Below, piece by piece: positions 24,925 to 38,150 of a DNA stretch of 64,000 bases. Location: assembly GCA_951406725.2 (NCBI GenBank), contig OX597823.1, positions 77,810,001 to 77,874,000 on the forward strand, read 5' to 3'. Numbering within the stretch: the stretch's first letter is position 1; the number at the start of each line of letters is the position of its first letter. The stretch is from Octopus vulgaris (lineage: Eukaryota). A program made the position numbers and the translations under genes. The notes beneath the pieces are model-generated. The model was not told the DNA's origin. It saw nothing but the letters and a program-made list of their open reading frames with translations, and did not search any database.

Positions 24925-27314
24925 GCTGAGTACATTGGAATAAATTATCCAGGTGGGTAATATAAATGCTCTTAGGTATATTCCAAGTTCTGGCCAATCA
25001 TGTAAATAAGAAGCATCAAGGATTGCTTAGGGTGAGCAGTCCCACAAATTCTTCTGGGTTCACTTTGGTGGATTATGAATATTTTGGAAAGTATAAATCC
25101 AGTTGCTTTGAATATATATATATATATATAAATATGAGTGTTTTTATGCACCACAACTCTGTATGAGAAGTCCTTTCAAGGTAAATAATGTAGTGTTCTA
25201 TGTTCTAATATATAAATATAAATATATATGCCATCTTTTGTCATTCCATTAAATTGATATATATTTGTGTACACATGTATATACAAATTGACAGAGGAAT
25301 TTGTTCTGTATCTATACTTTTTCAGTTCATATACTGATAAAGGTCAATCTTACTTTAATCTTTCTGCTGTTGATAAATTAAAGTACCAGAGAAGTATTGA
25401 GGCTGATTTAATTGATTATTCCGCACTTCCACCCAAATATCTGGCCCTCTCACTATGATAGAGATTATTCTGGTATTAAAAAGTGTGGATGTGTGTGTAG
25501 TTAAACACAATATTTTTTGTTGAAAATTTTCTAAATGCCCAGTCTTGTAGAGATTGTCACCAAACAGAAATGATTGATAAAAGAAGTCATTAGTGTTTTC
25601 TCCCTTTCATTAAAATGTTTCTCACTTCCTTGAAAATGAATGTAAACAATGTTAGTTTGATTTTTGTGATAGTGTGCATTTCAGAACGAGTTGACTGAAT
25701 ACTGTCTCATGTGGTGCCATGTCTTACATGAAGTTATGAGTTAATAAAACGAGAGAGAGAGAAAGAGGAAAAATAAATATGATGTAATATGATATGCTAG
25801 TTAATGATATACCTATATTTAATGACACAAAGAATGAAAAATAAGCCAAATGGGAATTCTTTATATTCTTATTGAATTCATATACATATTTGTGTATGTT
25901 AGATTATTGGAAAGTAGATACTAGTTTCAACTTAATATTGGCTTGGTTGTAGCTAGAAATGGCATTCTTCCATGAAACATCTGCTGCAAATAGGTAAAAC
26001 CTAGCCAACCAATGCCATAAGGTAAGTATGGATCTATAAACGTGAGCATGTGTAGGTAGGCATTGCGAAATGTTTTATTAAAGAAATATATTCTTATATT
26101 TTCCAATATCAGATTTTTCAATAAAATATCATCTTCTCTATTTTCTTTCTTACTCTCTTATTTGTTTTCTTTATTCATTTATAGTTTTCTTGCTTTCATT
26201 TTTCTAAGGTCATTTATTCATAATGAATATTTTTTTAAAAATCTGAAATAGGTTTGGGTTTTTTTTTTTGGCATTTTTTCTTTTTTTATCAAAGGAAAAA
26301 AGTCTCCTTTATAATTGTTCCAATTATTGTATTCTGAAATTGAATATCAACATTGAATGAAGAATGTTTCATAATTGAGATTTTGAAAATATCTTGGAAT
26401 AACAATAAAATAAAGGACTTCTTGTTTATTTCCTATAAAACTAATTTCAGAGTTTTCATTTTGGCCTTTTAAAAAAATATTAACTCTAAATAACAACTAT
26501 CTCCCATGTCCTCTACTCATGTAAAGAAAACATTTCTCAGTCCATGTCTGATTTTAGTTGTGATAAAATTACAAAAACAAAATAGAGAAAGCTCACTCTG
26601 TCAGTATCCATTGCTGTATTTTTCTTTATTTTATACAATTTTTTTTTTACAAGCTATTTCACATTAAATTTCAGGATATTTAATAATACAGACGATTCAA
26701 ATATAATATGCCTCATAATTGCCAATTCTACTCCATGGAAATCTTCCAATATATTTCAACAAAATTGGCTTTCTCAAATGTCTAATTTTCACAGGCATTA
26801 TCACTAAAAGCGACAAGATGGATCCAAATGATGAGTTGCTAAATATATTCCTAAGATTCAAACCAATATTCTGGAATGGTTGTAATTCAAGATATTTACA
26901 CTTCAAATGTTATGTTCGTTCTATACTATGTTATATCATCTGTTGGATAGTTCTGAAAATTCAGATATCTGCATAAATTGTCAGGGCCGCTATTTTATAG
27001 CATGATATCCTTATGTTAATTATTCAGTTAGAAAAGTAGAGGTGATGTCTGCTTTCATTCATAAAGTTTGTTAAACCATGTAATATAAAGATTGAAGGAA
27101 GTTTCTCAGGGATGCCTTTTGCATAAAGAACAAGTAGTTAGAGCTAACATAAAATAGTGAACTCCCAAAAGGATTAATTCTGAAGAAGATATACAAGATA
27201 ACTGCGAAATCTGAATTTATTTTAAATTATGAGATCAGGCAGCAGAGTGTGACTTTGACATTTGACAGCTATGGTGAACTTTCAGACAGCATTCTTGATA
27301 ATGTATTATCTAGG

Positions 27315-27620
27315 CTTTTGTCAAGAGATGACATGTGGCCTCATTCTCTATTGAAGTTGGTTGCCATGACTTTCCAGTTAGATCATTGTTCTAGTTCCTT
27401 CAAAAGGTTGCTCTGGAGCCCAAACAAGTGAAGAGAGCCACAAAGAAGATAGGTAAGGCAGGTGAAACCAGCTTAAGGTGGCTGTGGTTGACAATAGACT
27501 GCAGGTGGAACCTGTATACTGAGCTCCACTCAGTATACAGGTTAAGGGGTGAAATGCTTGCGATACTCAGATACCGGCTGACGAAATGTTTCTGACATTA
27601 CGATGGATTCAGAAGAATTT
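27315..27620 (+). mobile_element. HERO-like (RLE-encoding) non-LTR retrotransposon 3' remnant
   Basis: Translates to IEVGCHDFPVRSLF*FLQKVALEPKQVKRATKKIGKAGETSLRWLWL, resembling the recalled EVGCRGF...AERASRWLWL C-terminus. One in-frame stop. Confidence 0.65.
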
Positions 27621-28544
27621 GTGATACTTTTGAGTATCTCCTGCAAATTCAGCATGAGACAAAGCAGCTGTGGTGTTTATTTCTCCCATTTATTTTGCCT
27701 ACATCACTTTCAATAACATTATAATGTATATTTGCCTACAGAAGCATGGTTTAAGCATTCTTAACTTGGGTAGTTGCACTCCTCTGAGCTTGCAGGGGCC
27801 AGCTAGTGTCAATAGTGGTGCTTTGTATTTAGAAGGGTTGTGGTTTTACTTAGTAATAAAACATATAAACTAAACAATACTTACATTGTAAAAACAAGTT
27901 CATAAATATCTTTATCAAGATTAAAGTATGTGAAAGATATTGTGTAATCAGTGAGCAGATCACATAACTGGTTATGTGCTAAGGTTGGTCTTATATAATT
28001 TCATTATGTAAATTCTCAACATTTTTTTTTTGTAATTTCCATAAAAAATTTTCATATGGCATACTAGCCCATGTAAATATCTCAAAGAAGGCTACTACTG
28101 GTTGCTTAATGTCAAAATATGTGGATAATTAACTATCATACAGATATAGTATCCTATTATACTTGGAGATGGTTATATTTTGTTGATCAAACATGTACTG
28201 TATATTTGGTCTTCACTTTACCTTTATTACTATTATTATTTTAGTTTCTTTCATCACACATCTTGTGACCTCTTCAGTGACTCTCCGTCCCACATGACTC
28301 ATCTTGTTCTGCTTATTCCATCCTGTTGTTTTTCTTTTTCTTTTTTGGAAAAATATGGGGGGGAAAAGCATGGTACATATACTGAATGACATTTGTAAAA
28401 TATCATTTGGTGAATGTGGTCTGACACTATAGTAGAAGACACTTACCCAAGGTGCCACACAGTAGAAATGAACCTGGAATCATGTGGTTGGGAAGCAAGC
28501 TTCTTACCACACAGTTACACCTACACTTTCAATATTTTTTCTAT

Positions 28545-28730
28545 TTTAAATACTCTGCTTCTGAAAATATTGAAATATTTAGTAAGATAATTCTTTATTA
28601 AGCTGGTTTTTGAAATATAAATCAACATGAAATTTTGACTGTAAGTTTAAAATTTAGTTCACTTTGAAATAGTCAATTTGTGTCATAGAATGAGGGCAGT
28701 TTCAGGTGGGGTTAGTAACAAAAGAGTTAA
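28545..28730 (+). mobile_element. piggyBac-like MITE (partial)
   Basis: Homologous to 54708-54935; ends GTAACAAAAGAGTTAA. Confidence 0.6.
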
Positions 28731-30934
28731 ATATGATTTCATCTGTTGTTTATTTGCAGAGATGAATTAAGGCTTTCATTTCTTAACAATTACAAATATA
28801 TTTATCTCCAACATTCTGTTTCAAGGAGACGTATCATTGGTTATCAAAATCTGGTAATCTATGTGTACTAGAAGACTCCTTTACAAGAACACGGTGAGTT
28901 GGGGAAAATAATAGGATAAAAACAGCATTAGATGCGTGGGCAAGAGAATGAGTGCTTTGTACATATATTATGAATGTAAGATAAATGGTGCATAAACATG
29001 TGCTGTGAGTTTGTGATAAAAGCTAATGTGATAATGGGAAATGAATGGTGAGATACCTTATTCAAAGCTCCCTTTAAAGTATGGGAAAGATAAGAAAAGA
29101 GGCATTATGAAATTTTTGTTTGTGTGTGTGTGTGGAGTAGAGTCGATGACTGCATTCATTTTCTTGACCACAAAAGGATGAAGTGCAAAAATTGACTTTG
29201 GTCAGATTTGAACTCAGAACATTAAAAAATACATTAGTGAGAGTGGGAGGCATTTTGTTTGCTGTTCTATAGTTTTGCCAACCCCTTGTTCTTAAAAGGA
29301 GGAGGATGATGATGGGGATGGTAATGGTGATGATGATGATGATTTCTTTGTTTACTGATAATGGTTTATAAAAAAAGTTTCTACTATAAAAATGCATAGA
29401 CTCACATGAGAAAAAGAAAAGAAAATACTTGTTCCTACTAAAACATACACACATTTCTAAATTCTATTTATAATCATTAATCAGTGATTAAGTCATTTAA
29501 AAATTTGTTCAATTCATGCAAGTCAGGATAAAAGGATTTCAAACTTTCAATGCTATTAATGGCGAGACTGAACTATGTAGCAGAAAATGTGATTGGAGAA
29601 TAGATTTGGAAATTAGCTTACTACAGCAGTGACCTTAAAGGCCTGGAAGTTATGCTGTGTAATGTAATGGAATATAAACGCATGAAGTAGAATGATTATT
29701 TGAGGATTTTGTGGAAATTGTTGTAACATTGTTATTGGTAACTTACTGGCTCAAGAACTGTTCATTTCAATCTCCCTATTGCTGTATAGTATCCATGGGC
29801 AGAGTCTTTATTTCTCACTGTCTGTTCACTTAGCTGAAAATAAGAATCATTACTATAGATAGATGAGTGTACTATATAAATGGTTTGTTTACTTATGGTG
29901 CTAAGTTAAAACTCCCTCAGTGAGCCTGCAGGTGGTATTGCAGCCTTCTTAATGTTATTTTTTTTTGTTTTTCAAGTAAGTCTTAATCTTCAGAAACCTT
30001 CAGAGTTGATGTAGATTTGTAAATTTTACTAGAAAATCTAAATTTCTGGGGACATTCAGAGCTGATGTAAATTTGGTGAAATGCAATTTTGTTATTGCAG
30101 AGTGGAACATTATCAAAATAAATGCAAGTAAAAATATTGGTGTAAGATAAATAAAAATGGAAACAAAAATCTGAAACCTAAAAATTAGAAATATTTTAAG
30201 AATAAGAAGTTCGGCGGGTGCAGTAAAACAAAGCAAGACCACAAATAATGATCCAGTCTATGTTTGCTAACTTCATTCTTTTTGAAGACAAAGATTACGA
30301 AGGAGCATTCAAATAAAATCATTTTTAAAGTTGCTTCTTTGTTTTTTGTCACAGCAAATTCTTTGATTAGTCATGCAAGTAATTCTGATTCAGGAGATTA
30401 TATGAAATAAGTGCACAGATGCTAATGGAAATCAACTTAACATTCAAGTCCGTGGTTATTCTTTGTGAACTCAGAAGACTAAATTGTTAAAATATTTGAT
30501 CTTCAGTAAATTTTAAAGAGACATTTGTGAAGCATTTCATTGTCAAATTTTCATTCATATAAAGATTTCATCTCCAAAGGAATTTTTTTTTCTTAAAGAA
30601 ATAATCAAATGTTTTATTGAGCAATTTGTTCATTGTTTGCTTGAAAAGACAGAAAACAGACACATTCCTTTTTGGCGAAGCCCTTATCAGTTTCTTCAAG
30701 TTCTACTTGGAGAGAAAGGTAAGGATGGAGAGAGAGGTGTTACCTTCAAGTGACTGCTGAAACGTGGGTGAGAGTGAAGAGAATAAACACATTCTAAGTA
30801 TATGCCTGTAGACCAGAGAACATAGTTGGGAGAGGGCACTTTCGCTTGGTAGTGCAGGATCTATGGGGTTCCTTGATTAGCCCTAGATGGCTGTTTCCTA
30901 ATAGGAATATCTCATTTCATGCTTTTCTTTTTGC

Positions 30935-31192
30935 TCTTTTCAAGCCTAGCCGGGCTCATGGGCCTGGTTTCCTGGTTTATGTGGCATGTGTGTTCCCCAC
31001 AGCTGGACAGGACACCAGAAACAGGAAGAGAGAGTGAAAGAAAATTGTGGTGAAAGAGTACAACAGGGTTCACCACCACCCCCTGCCGGAGCCTCGTGGA
31101 GCTTTTAGGTGTTTTTGCTCAATAAACACACACAACGCCCAGTCTGGGAATTGAAACTGCAATCCTCCGACCACAAGTCCATTGCCCTAACC
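30935..31192 (-). mobile_element. SINE family D
   Basis: Homologous to 3841 and 11645. Confidence 0.8.
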
Positions 31193-32989
31193 ATTGCTTA
31201 GCAACATTCTTTCCAGCTCTTGACATTCTAATTTCAAATTTTTCAAGGGCTGACCTTGCCTTCAGTGTTTTTGGTGTTTTGTACCTATTGAGCATTGGGG
31301 TCGGTGTAATTGGTTTTTACCCCCCACCTGGAAATTGCTGGCCTTATGCCAAAATTTGAAACCATTATTATCTTCTTCAGGGTGGTGGGTTGACAGGATC
31401 ATTAAAGATTTTAACAAAACACTTCACGGTATTTAGTTTCCACCTTTTCATGTTCTGAATTGATATTCTACTGAAATTGACTTTGCTTTTCATCTGTCTG
31501 GGGTCAATCTACTGTCCATCTGTAGTCAAGTACTGGAGTTGAGGGTATCAATTAACCCTCTTGTCCAATTTTTTTGCCTTGTGTTTATATTAAAAACAAT
31601 TATCATCAATTTTGTTTATTTCCCAATTTTTTAGTTTTATTTATGCTTATATTTTATCAATGATTCTTTTTGTCATGATTCAAAAATCTCGTGTAGACTT
31701 TAATATTAAAAGATTATTCATCTCTGAAGACTAGGTTAATTAAATCTAATTAACAACAATCTCAGACAATTAGACAGCTATTGTCTTTTTCCAATATTCA
31801 GGAGTTTGTCCAAATTTAGAATAATTATCAGTTTTCTTATAAATCTTAGAAGCAATTATTGTGGCAAACAAATTGTTGTTGTTATTGTTACTGAGCCTCA
31901 GATTAACTCAGGCTGAATAGACAGACCTATGTGGTATAAAATATAATTATATAAGATATACTACTGTCTACATACATAGCTACTCTTTATGAAAAATGTG
32001 TTGCTGTGTGCCAATGCTAAAATTCTTTATTTTAATAAAAATGAAAATAATATGAAAAGTTTACACCCTGGGTTCATAATGTTTTTGACTTTGTGGCATT
32101 CTGAAGGTCAAACGAAAAAATATATACTGGCATAATTTTCATGGAACATTGAAATAAACAAAGCCTCTTTTACTGTTAAAAAGAATGGGAAATATATTAA
32201 AAAATACCCAAAGCGAATGCCCATCTAATTAATTAATCAATTTATCATATCATATATGTGTATTACAATATTATGAATTTTGTTACATGTAACTCTGATA
32301 TGTACAACTATGGCTATGTGGTTAAGAAGGTTGCTTTGCAATTACGTAGTTTCTAGTTCAATCCTGTGGTGCAGCTTTTTCAACATGTGTCTTCTGCTGT
32401 GGTCCTAGGATAACCAATCTCCTTTATATATCTCTCACTACAATGTCAAATGTGTCCCATTTTCCTAAAATGTAGCTAAAATCTAATGATTTATTATTTT
32501 TTTCTTGCTGGTAAAAATAACTGTTAAGTAGTGACTATAGTACTGTTTCACAAGGGGCATCTAGATGCACCACAGAATTTTCAAAATAAATTAAGATCTT
32601 CAGGAAACCTAAAGTTATGCTTGGGTATCTTGTGTAACTAGTGATTCAAAATTTTGTTAAACACAGATATGAAAAATAAAACACTGTATGCAATAATCTT
32701 CTATATTTTATAAAATTAAAAAATTTAAAATATAATTTTACATAACATTCTATGCCAAGAGAACCAGCTTTTATAATTCTTTCTATTTAGTCTCAGAGCA
32801 CTGCAAAATCAATACAATTAAGAACCACAAATATAGAGATACCCACATTGGCTCATAGCAAAAATTACGTCATATATGTAGCATTATTTTATGGCTGTTA
32901 GTGTATAAGTTTTAGTGGAAGTGTTTTGAAAATATTTACTACCTTGATATTGTAAATTAATAAATAAGTCTTCTTGATGTTAGTGAGAC

Positions 32990-33057
<68 letters not shown>

Positions 33058-33397
33058 TATAATTCCTGTACATTTGATATTTTCAAGTGAACAATAGAAA
33101 TAATGATACTGTTAGCAATTGTAATTACAAATATAGGCTTTATTAATTAAAAAATAAATAAATAAATAATAGGATTGTTTAGGAAGCAAATAAAGTAAAA
33201 TTACACAGTTTAGCATGATTCTCATATTACCTGGAAGTCTCCCAAGCACGAAACACTTGGAACTTTGTAAATATAGAACAGAAATATATAAAGAGACATT
33301 TATTTTTAATTCGTTATATATTATATCTACTTTTTCTCGCTGTTGGACTTCTAAATTTTTTTTCCTTTTACTGCAGAACAATAAATCCTATGCTGTA

Positions 33398-33438
<41 letters not shown>

Positions 33439-33669
33439 TGTTTTGCTTGTATGACATAAATGTATCATAAGCCGTTGTAATGCAAATTGTTTTTGGCATG
33501 TGTATTTGATGTATTATTCATAGCATCTCATAAGCAGAATATTCAGTAATCAAAGCTACATACACACACACACACATACACACACGCACACACACACAAC
33601 ACATAAACATATATATGCATGAACTAATGCGAAATATTCTTGACTTCGATCCTCGTCTGATGCTATACA

Positions 33670-34350
33670 TTTTATATTATAAGGTTTATACTTATGACAT
33701 TTTGACTGTGGTACACTCCCGCTGTCTTTGATATTCATTTTGTAGTTGTTTCTCTTGGAGGCATCACACAGTATATTCTCTGCTGGAGATGGCAGACACA
33801 AACAACCATCCTGTTAATTCTTTTGATCCCTTTAGAATTAGATTTCTTGCCAACAATTCTTCGACCATTCATTAATTATTGATATCGAACTCCATTTGGT
33901 CTTTTAGTGAAAGCTCGGCCTAAAGCCATTTACACTTAAAAGTTGAAAACTTTCAAACACATTATTCACCTTTAGAAACTTGAAGGTTTATTTCCAAACC
34001 CTTTTAGATCATCAGTTTTCTATGAATATCTATAGCCACCTGAATATATTATCAAGATTCATTTCATTTTATTTAGCCTTACAGAAGCATTGCCAAATCT
34101 TCGTTCTTCATACACAACCGAATCTCCATATACTTTTATTTGCAACGACATTAAAATGTTATGGCTCTAATACATCTTATTTGAACTATACACTTGTTCC
34201 TTTCTGGTTTTTGGTATTAACTTACTACCAAGGTTGTCACCAGTATTTCCAAGGATTATATAGGATGTGTATTCCAATTTTTATTGATATTTATTCCCCG
34301 AGGAATATTGTAAGAATTGAAATGTTGGTATATTCAATGGTCTTAAATTT
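33670..34350 (-). pseudogene. Highly decayed R4/Dong-like non-LTR retrotransposon ORF remnant
   Basis: Collinear motifs across frameshifts and stops: LIPKTRK (cf. LDxKTRK), DSVVYEERRFG (cf. EDCVxxEER), KRNNYKMNIKD..SKCHK (cf. TNxYKxxI..KCRxC). Motif comparison from memory. Confidence 0.35.
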
Positions 34351-36278
34351 AAACTACAAGCAAATATATAAATATATTTCAATTTTTAACATGGATTGTG
34401 TTTTTCTTGAATGAGTAGTCTTCTTAGTCTTTGAATTAAGAGTGATACACACACACACACACATATATATGCAACATATGTACAACATAAGAACATATGG
34501 ACCTGATGCTGTGTGATGAAGTGCCAACTGTACATACTGCCTTACTTTTGACACGGAATCATTTACAGTTAATGGCATTTGAAACAGTGGGACCAAAACA
34601 ATTGTAACTAATTATAAAGTTGTGTTAAATTTATTCTTTGTCTTTACACATGGATGCACACGCACACACACTAAGAAGAAAGGATGGATAGATGATTTTT
34701 TTAGTCAAATAGGTATTTTTTGTTTCTGTCTCACGCCAGGTTATCTTTCCTCAAGCAAACTACCCAGTGTCCTTTTTAAAAAGATAGCAGTGCATTGTGT
34801 GCGATTTGGCTGCTATTTCTAGCAGGTTAAATGACTCCTTAGAGGCTCCACATTCCCTTGTAAGTTCTGAACTAAATTTAGTGAGTGGTGAAAGTTTCAA
34901 AATATATTTTTTCCTATTATATTTTCATATATTGTAAATTTTTTGTATTATACTTATCTTTATATATTATACATTTTTCTATTATACCTATCTTTATATA
35001 TTATACATTTTTTTCTGTTATGCATTTCTATAATATCTTACAATAACATTAAGCATTTTTAATGTGCTATTAGTAGATTAAGTTTCGAGTTCAATTCTCA
35101 TCTTACACAATAATTATATTATAAAATTTGTTACGAATTCTTGAACTTGAGTTTAGATATTTCATTTCCATTTCTTACCTGCCTGTCACTGGCAAATAAA
35201 TCAAAGGTTTGATTTATTGATTCAGTAAGTTAAGATAGTTTTCTTCACTTCTTAAGTAGTAGTATATGAGAAAAACAGAATTGCAGTTCAAATCAAATTG
35301 TTGCCTCAAATCAAATTTTCTTTGATCCTAGCATTTACTAATGCAGATTATATGAGGTACGTGTTAAGAAGTGCTGTAACAGTTAAAAAAAAATTGCAAA
35401 TGAATAGAATATACAAAGATAAGAGAGGAGAGATTTCAATGCGATCTGTTAGATGTGGAATGTTAACTTACAAGAAAAACATCAGCCAATGTATGGTGGC
35501 GAATTGGCTATGCTGGAATATAAGAATGACTGTGCTAGGAAAAGGTGAAAGTTGCTGTGAAGTTGATGATAGGAAGTACTTATGAAAAAGGGAACTGCAT
35601 AGAAAAGATTTAGCAAGAGCCACTTCACTGAAAACTGAGAACATTGCTTCTCATAAGTTAAATGATACACATTGGAGATAGAACGAGAGTAGCTGTGTCA
35701 CAGATCCAAGTAACTTATTTCATGTATGGTAAAAACATATATGTATATTATGAAGAGGATTATATTATGAAGTTTAGGCTCCAGAATCGGTTCGTCGCCA
35801 CCATTATTGTTGTCGATGTTGTTGTCTTGGAGAAAATTATTAGAAAATAACTGTTATTACTGTTACTCACTACTATAGCAATATCTTACGATGTAGGAAA
35901 ATTAAGAAAGAAACATGGACTCTTAACTGACATCACTTCTCTGACCGATGATAATTGCATGACCTCTTTCTTTCAAACTCAGATAGACAAAATTTTAAAG
36001 CTGGAAATGGTTGTTAATACAAGGAATAAGTAATGCCAAATGATTTTGCTGGAATGTTTTAGCAGACATACATACATACATACATGTATATATATATATA
36101 TATGTATGTATATACAAAGTTATTTTGCATTTCGTTCTTTCTTTTGGACTCAATCTAACCATTTTGCTATATACTAAAAACTTCATTTATTGCCAAACTT
36201 TATCATAAAACATGAAATTCAGGAGCAACCTCCAATCAAAATATTAATAAACAAGAAGTAGAAATGTCTTTCCTTTTC

Positions 36279-36360
36279 TTCTTCTTCTTCTTCTTCTTCT
36301 TCTTCTTCTTCTTCTTCTTCTTCTTCTTCTTCTTCTTCTTCTTCTTCTCCTCCTCCTCCT
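36279..36360. repeat. (CTT)n(CCT)n microsatellite
   Basis: Directly visible; source of the spurious poly-Glu ORF. Confidence 0.95.
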
Positions 36361-37767
36361 TTTGCTATTCCTTCTTCAGTCATGATTTGATGATAATGGC
36401 TTTTGATTTTTATCATGAAGCCACTGACTTTCTGCTGGTTTAAGAAAGACTAACAAAGCTTGGTTCATAACATGACTGACAATCTTCTCGTAGTATTTGT
36501 AATTTAGATAACATGTAATATAATCGTCATCATCACTGCCGCCGTCATCCTTGTCATCATCGTATGGCCATGTTCCATGCTGGAATATGTTGGACAGTTT
36601 GACGGGATCCAGTGGGTCCAAGGACTGCATCATGCCCTAGCGTTTCTGCTTTGGCAGGATTTCTCTGGGTGAATGCATGCACACACACACACACACACAC
36701 ATAGCTTGTACATTATGTATTTCAGACGTTTTGTTTGTTGAAGTGAAATTCTGAATATAAAACATTTTCAACAAAATCTAAGAAGTAGACATCTTGTTTG
36801 GGCAAAATCATAAACCACTTCTTTTTGGAGTTACTTTGCTAGAGTATATAGACAAGGTTTTAAGTTCAAAACTAACTTTAATTTGTATACTTTTGGTTCT
36901 GAATGTGGTACATCACTTATTTCAATATACCTGTTTAATAACTAATTTAATGCTTATAACATGATTTGTAGGAACAATGTTTAACTGAAGAAATTGCTCC
37001 AGAAGTATGCAAATCTCTTGATTTACCAAAGTTTATCCCAACCCAAATTAGCAGAGATGAAAATGAAAGTAAACGATAGAATGTCCTTTTTTTCTCTTAT
37101 AATGAAGTCAATATGTTCAGTTTGCTCATGGTTTCATGAAACATAGGTTAACCATGTAGCTGAAAGAATTTAAATCATTCATTATATAATTTTGGTAATA
37201 CTATTAAGGAATGCATTTTTTTTTTCATGTGGAAAGATATCATAGAGTGCCATGAAATTCTTTAATCATTTCATCAGTTTTGGTCATTGGACTGAAAATA
37301 GTGGGGCATTTCTCAGAAGTGTTTTCATGGATTGATTCAGTCCCAATGCTTTGCCCAGTATGTATTTTATTGACCTCATGAGGACAAAAAAAAATCAAAA
37401 GTTGACTCAGGAATAAAGAAACACAACCTAACATAATTTTTTTTTTGGTTTTATCTCTATTGTTTGACGATCCACAACTGATTTTGTTATCTCCTTGCAA
37501 TGTTTGTCTCAGACAAAATTATGTGACATTTCTGGGTATCAAATTTCACTCAAAAGACTTTGGTTGACCCTTGGCAATAAGAGAAGTCACTTATACAAGG
37601 AAGCAAACTCTGTGGAATCAAATCTGGAATGAAATTGTTGCAAAGTGAACTTCCCAATCAGACAACCAAGGCTACTCCTGTATATTTAAATATATACAAG
37701 AATTAAAGACAACATTATTTACATTATTTGTTACTGACGGATATTTGTCCTCATCTTGTATGTTGTT

Positions 37768-37813
37768 AACACAAAGTTTCGGCTGATATACACTCCAACC
37801 TTCATCAGGTGTC
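37768..37813 (-). ncRNA. Minimal type I hammerhead ribozyme motif
   Basis: GACAC-CUGAUGA-A-GGUUG-(10 nt)-CAGCC-GAAA-CUUU-GUGUU. Both core boxes are intact and stems I and II pair; the helix III palindrome is mutated (ACGU to ACUU). Confidence 0.7.
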
Positions 37814-37861
37814 TTGGGGAAATTTCAAACCTGGGTTCTCATTCCTAAGGTTTTTTCGATG

Positions 37862-37910
<49 letters not shown>

Positions 37911-38104
37911 AGTCACTGCCTGGAATTGAACTCGGAATCTTGGGGTTAAGAGCACGGACTACTAACCCCAAGATTCCAAGTTTGATTCCAGACAGTGACC
38001 TGAATAAGAATAATAATGATAATGATAATAATGATAATAATAATAACAGCAACAACATCAAAAAATACCTTAGGAATGAGAACCCAGGTTCGAAATTTCC
38101 CCAA

Positions 38105-38150
38105 GTCACCTGATGAAGGCTGGAGGGTAGATCTGCTGAAATGTTGTATT
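38105..38150 (+). ncRNA. Minimal type I hammerhead motif (degenerate copy)
   Basis: GUCAC-CUGAUGA-A-GGCUG-(10 nt)-CUGCU-GAAA-UGUU-GUAUU. Core intact, stems partly mismatched. Confidence 0.55.

Noticed and set aside
33980-34414. 144-aa plus-strand ORF as a gene
   Set aside because: No recognisable domain, a TTG start, and better explained as antisense to a decayed retrotransposon.
35298-35720. 95-aa ORF / possible old RTE remnant
   Set aside because: Motifs are too degraded to support either call.
36219-36416. Poly-Glu protein
   Set aside because: Derived from a (CTT)n microsatellite.
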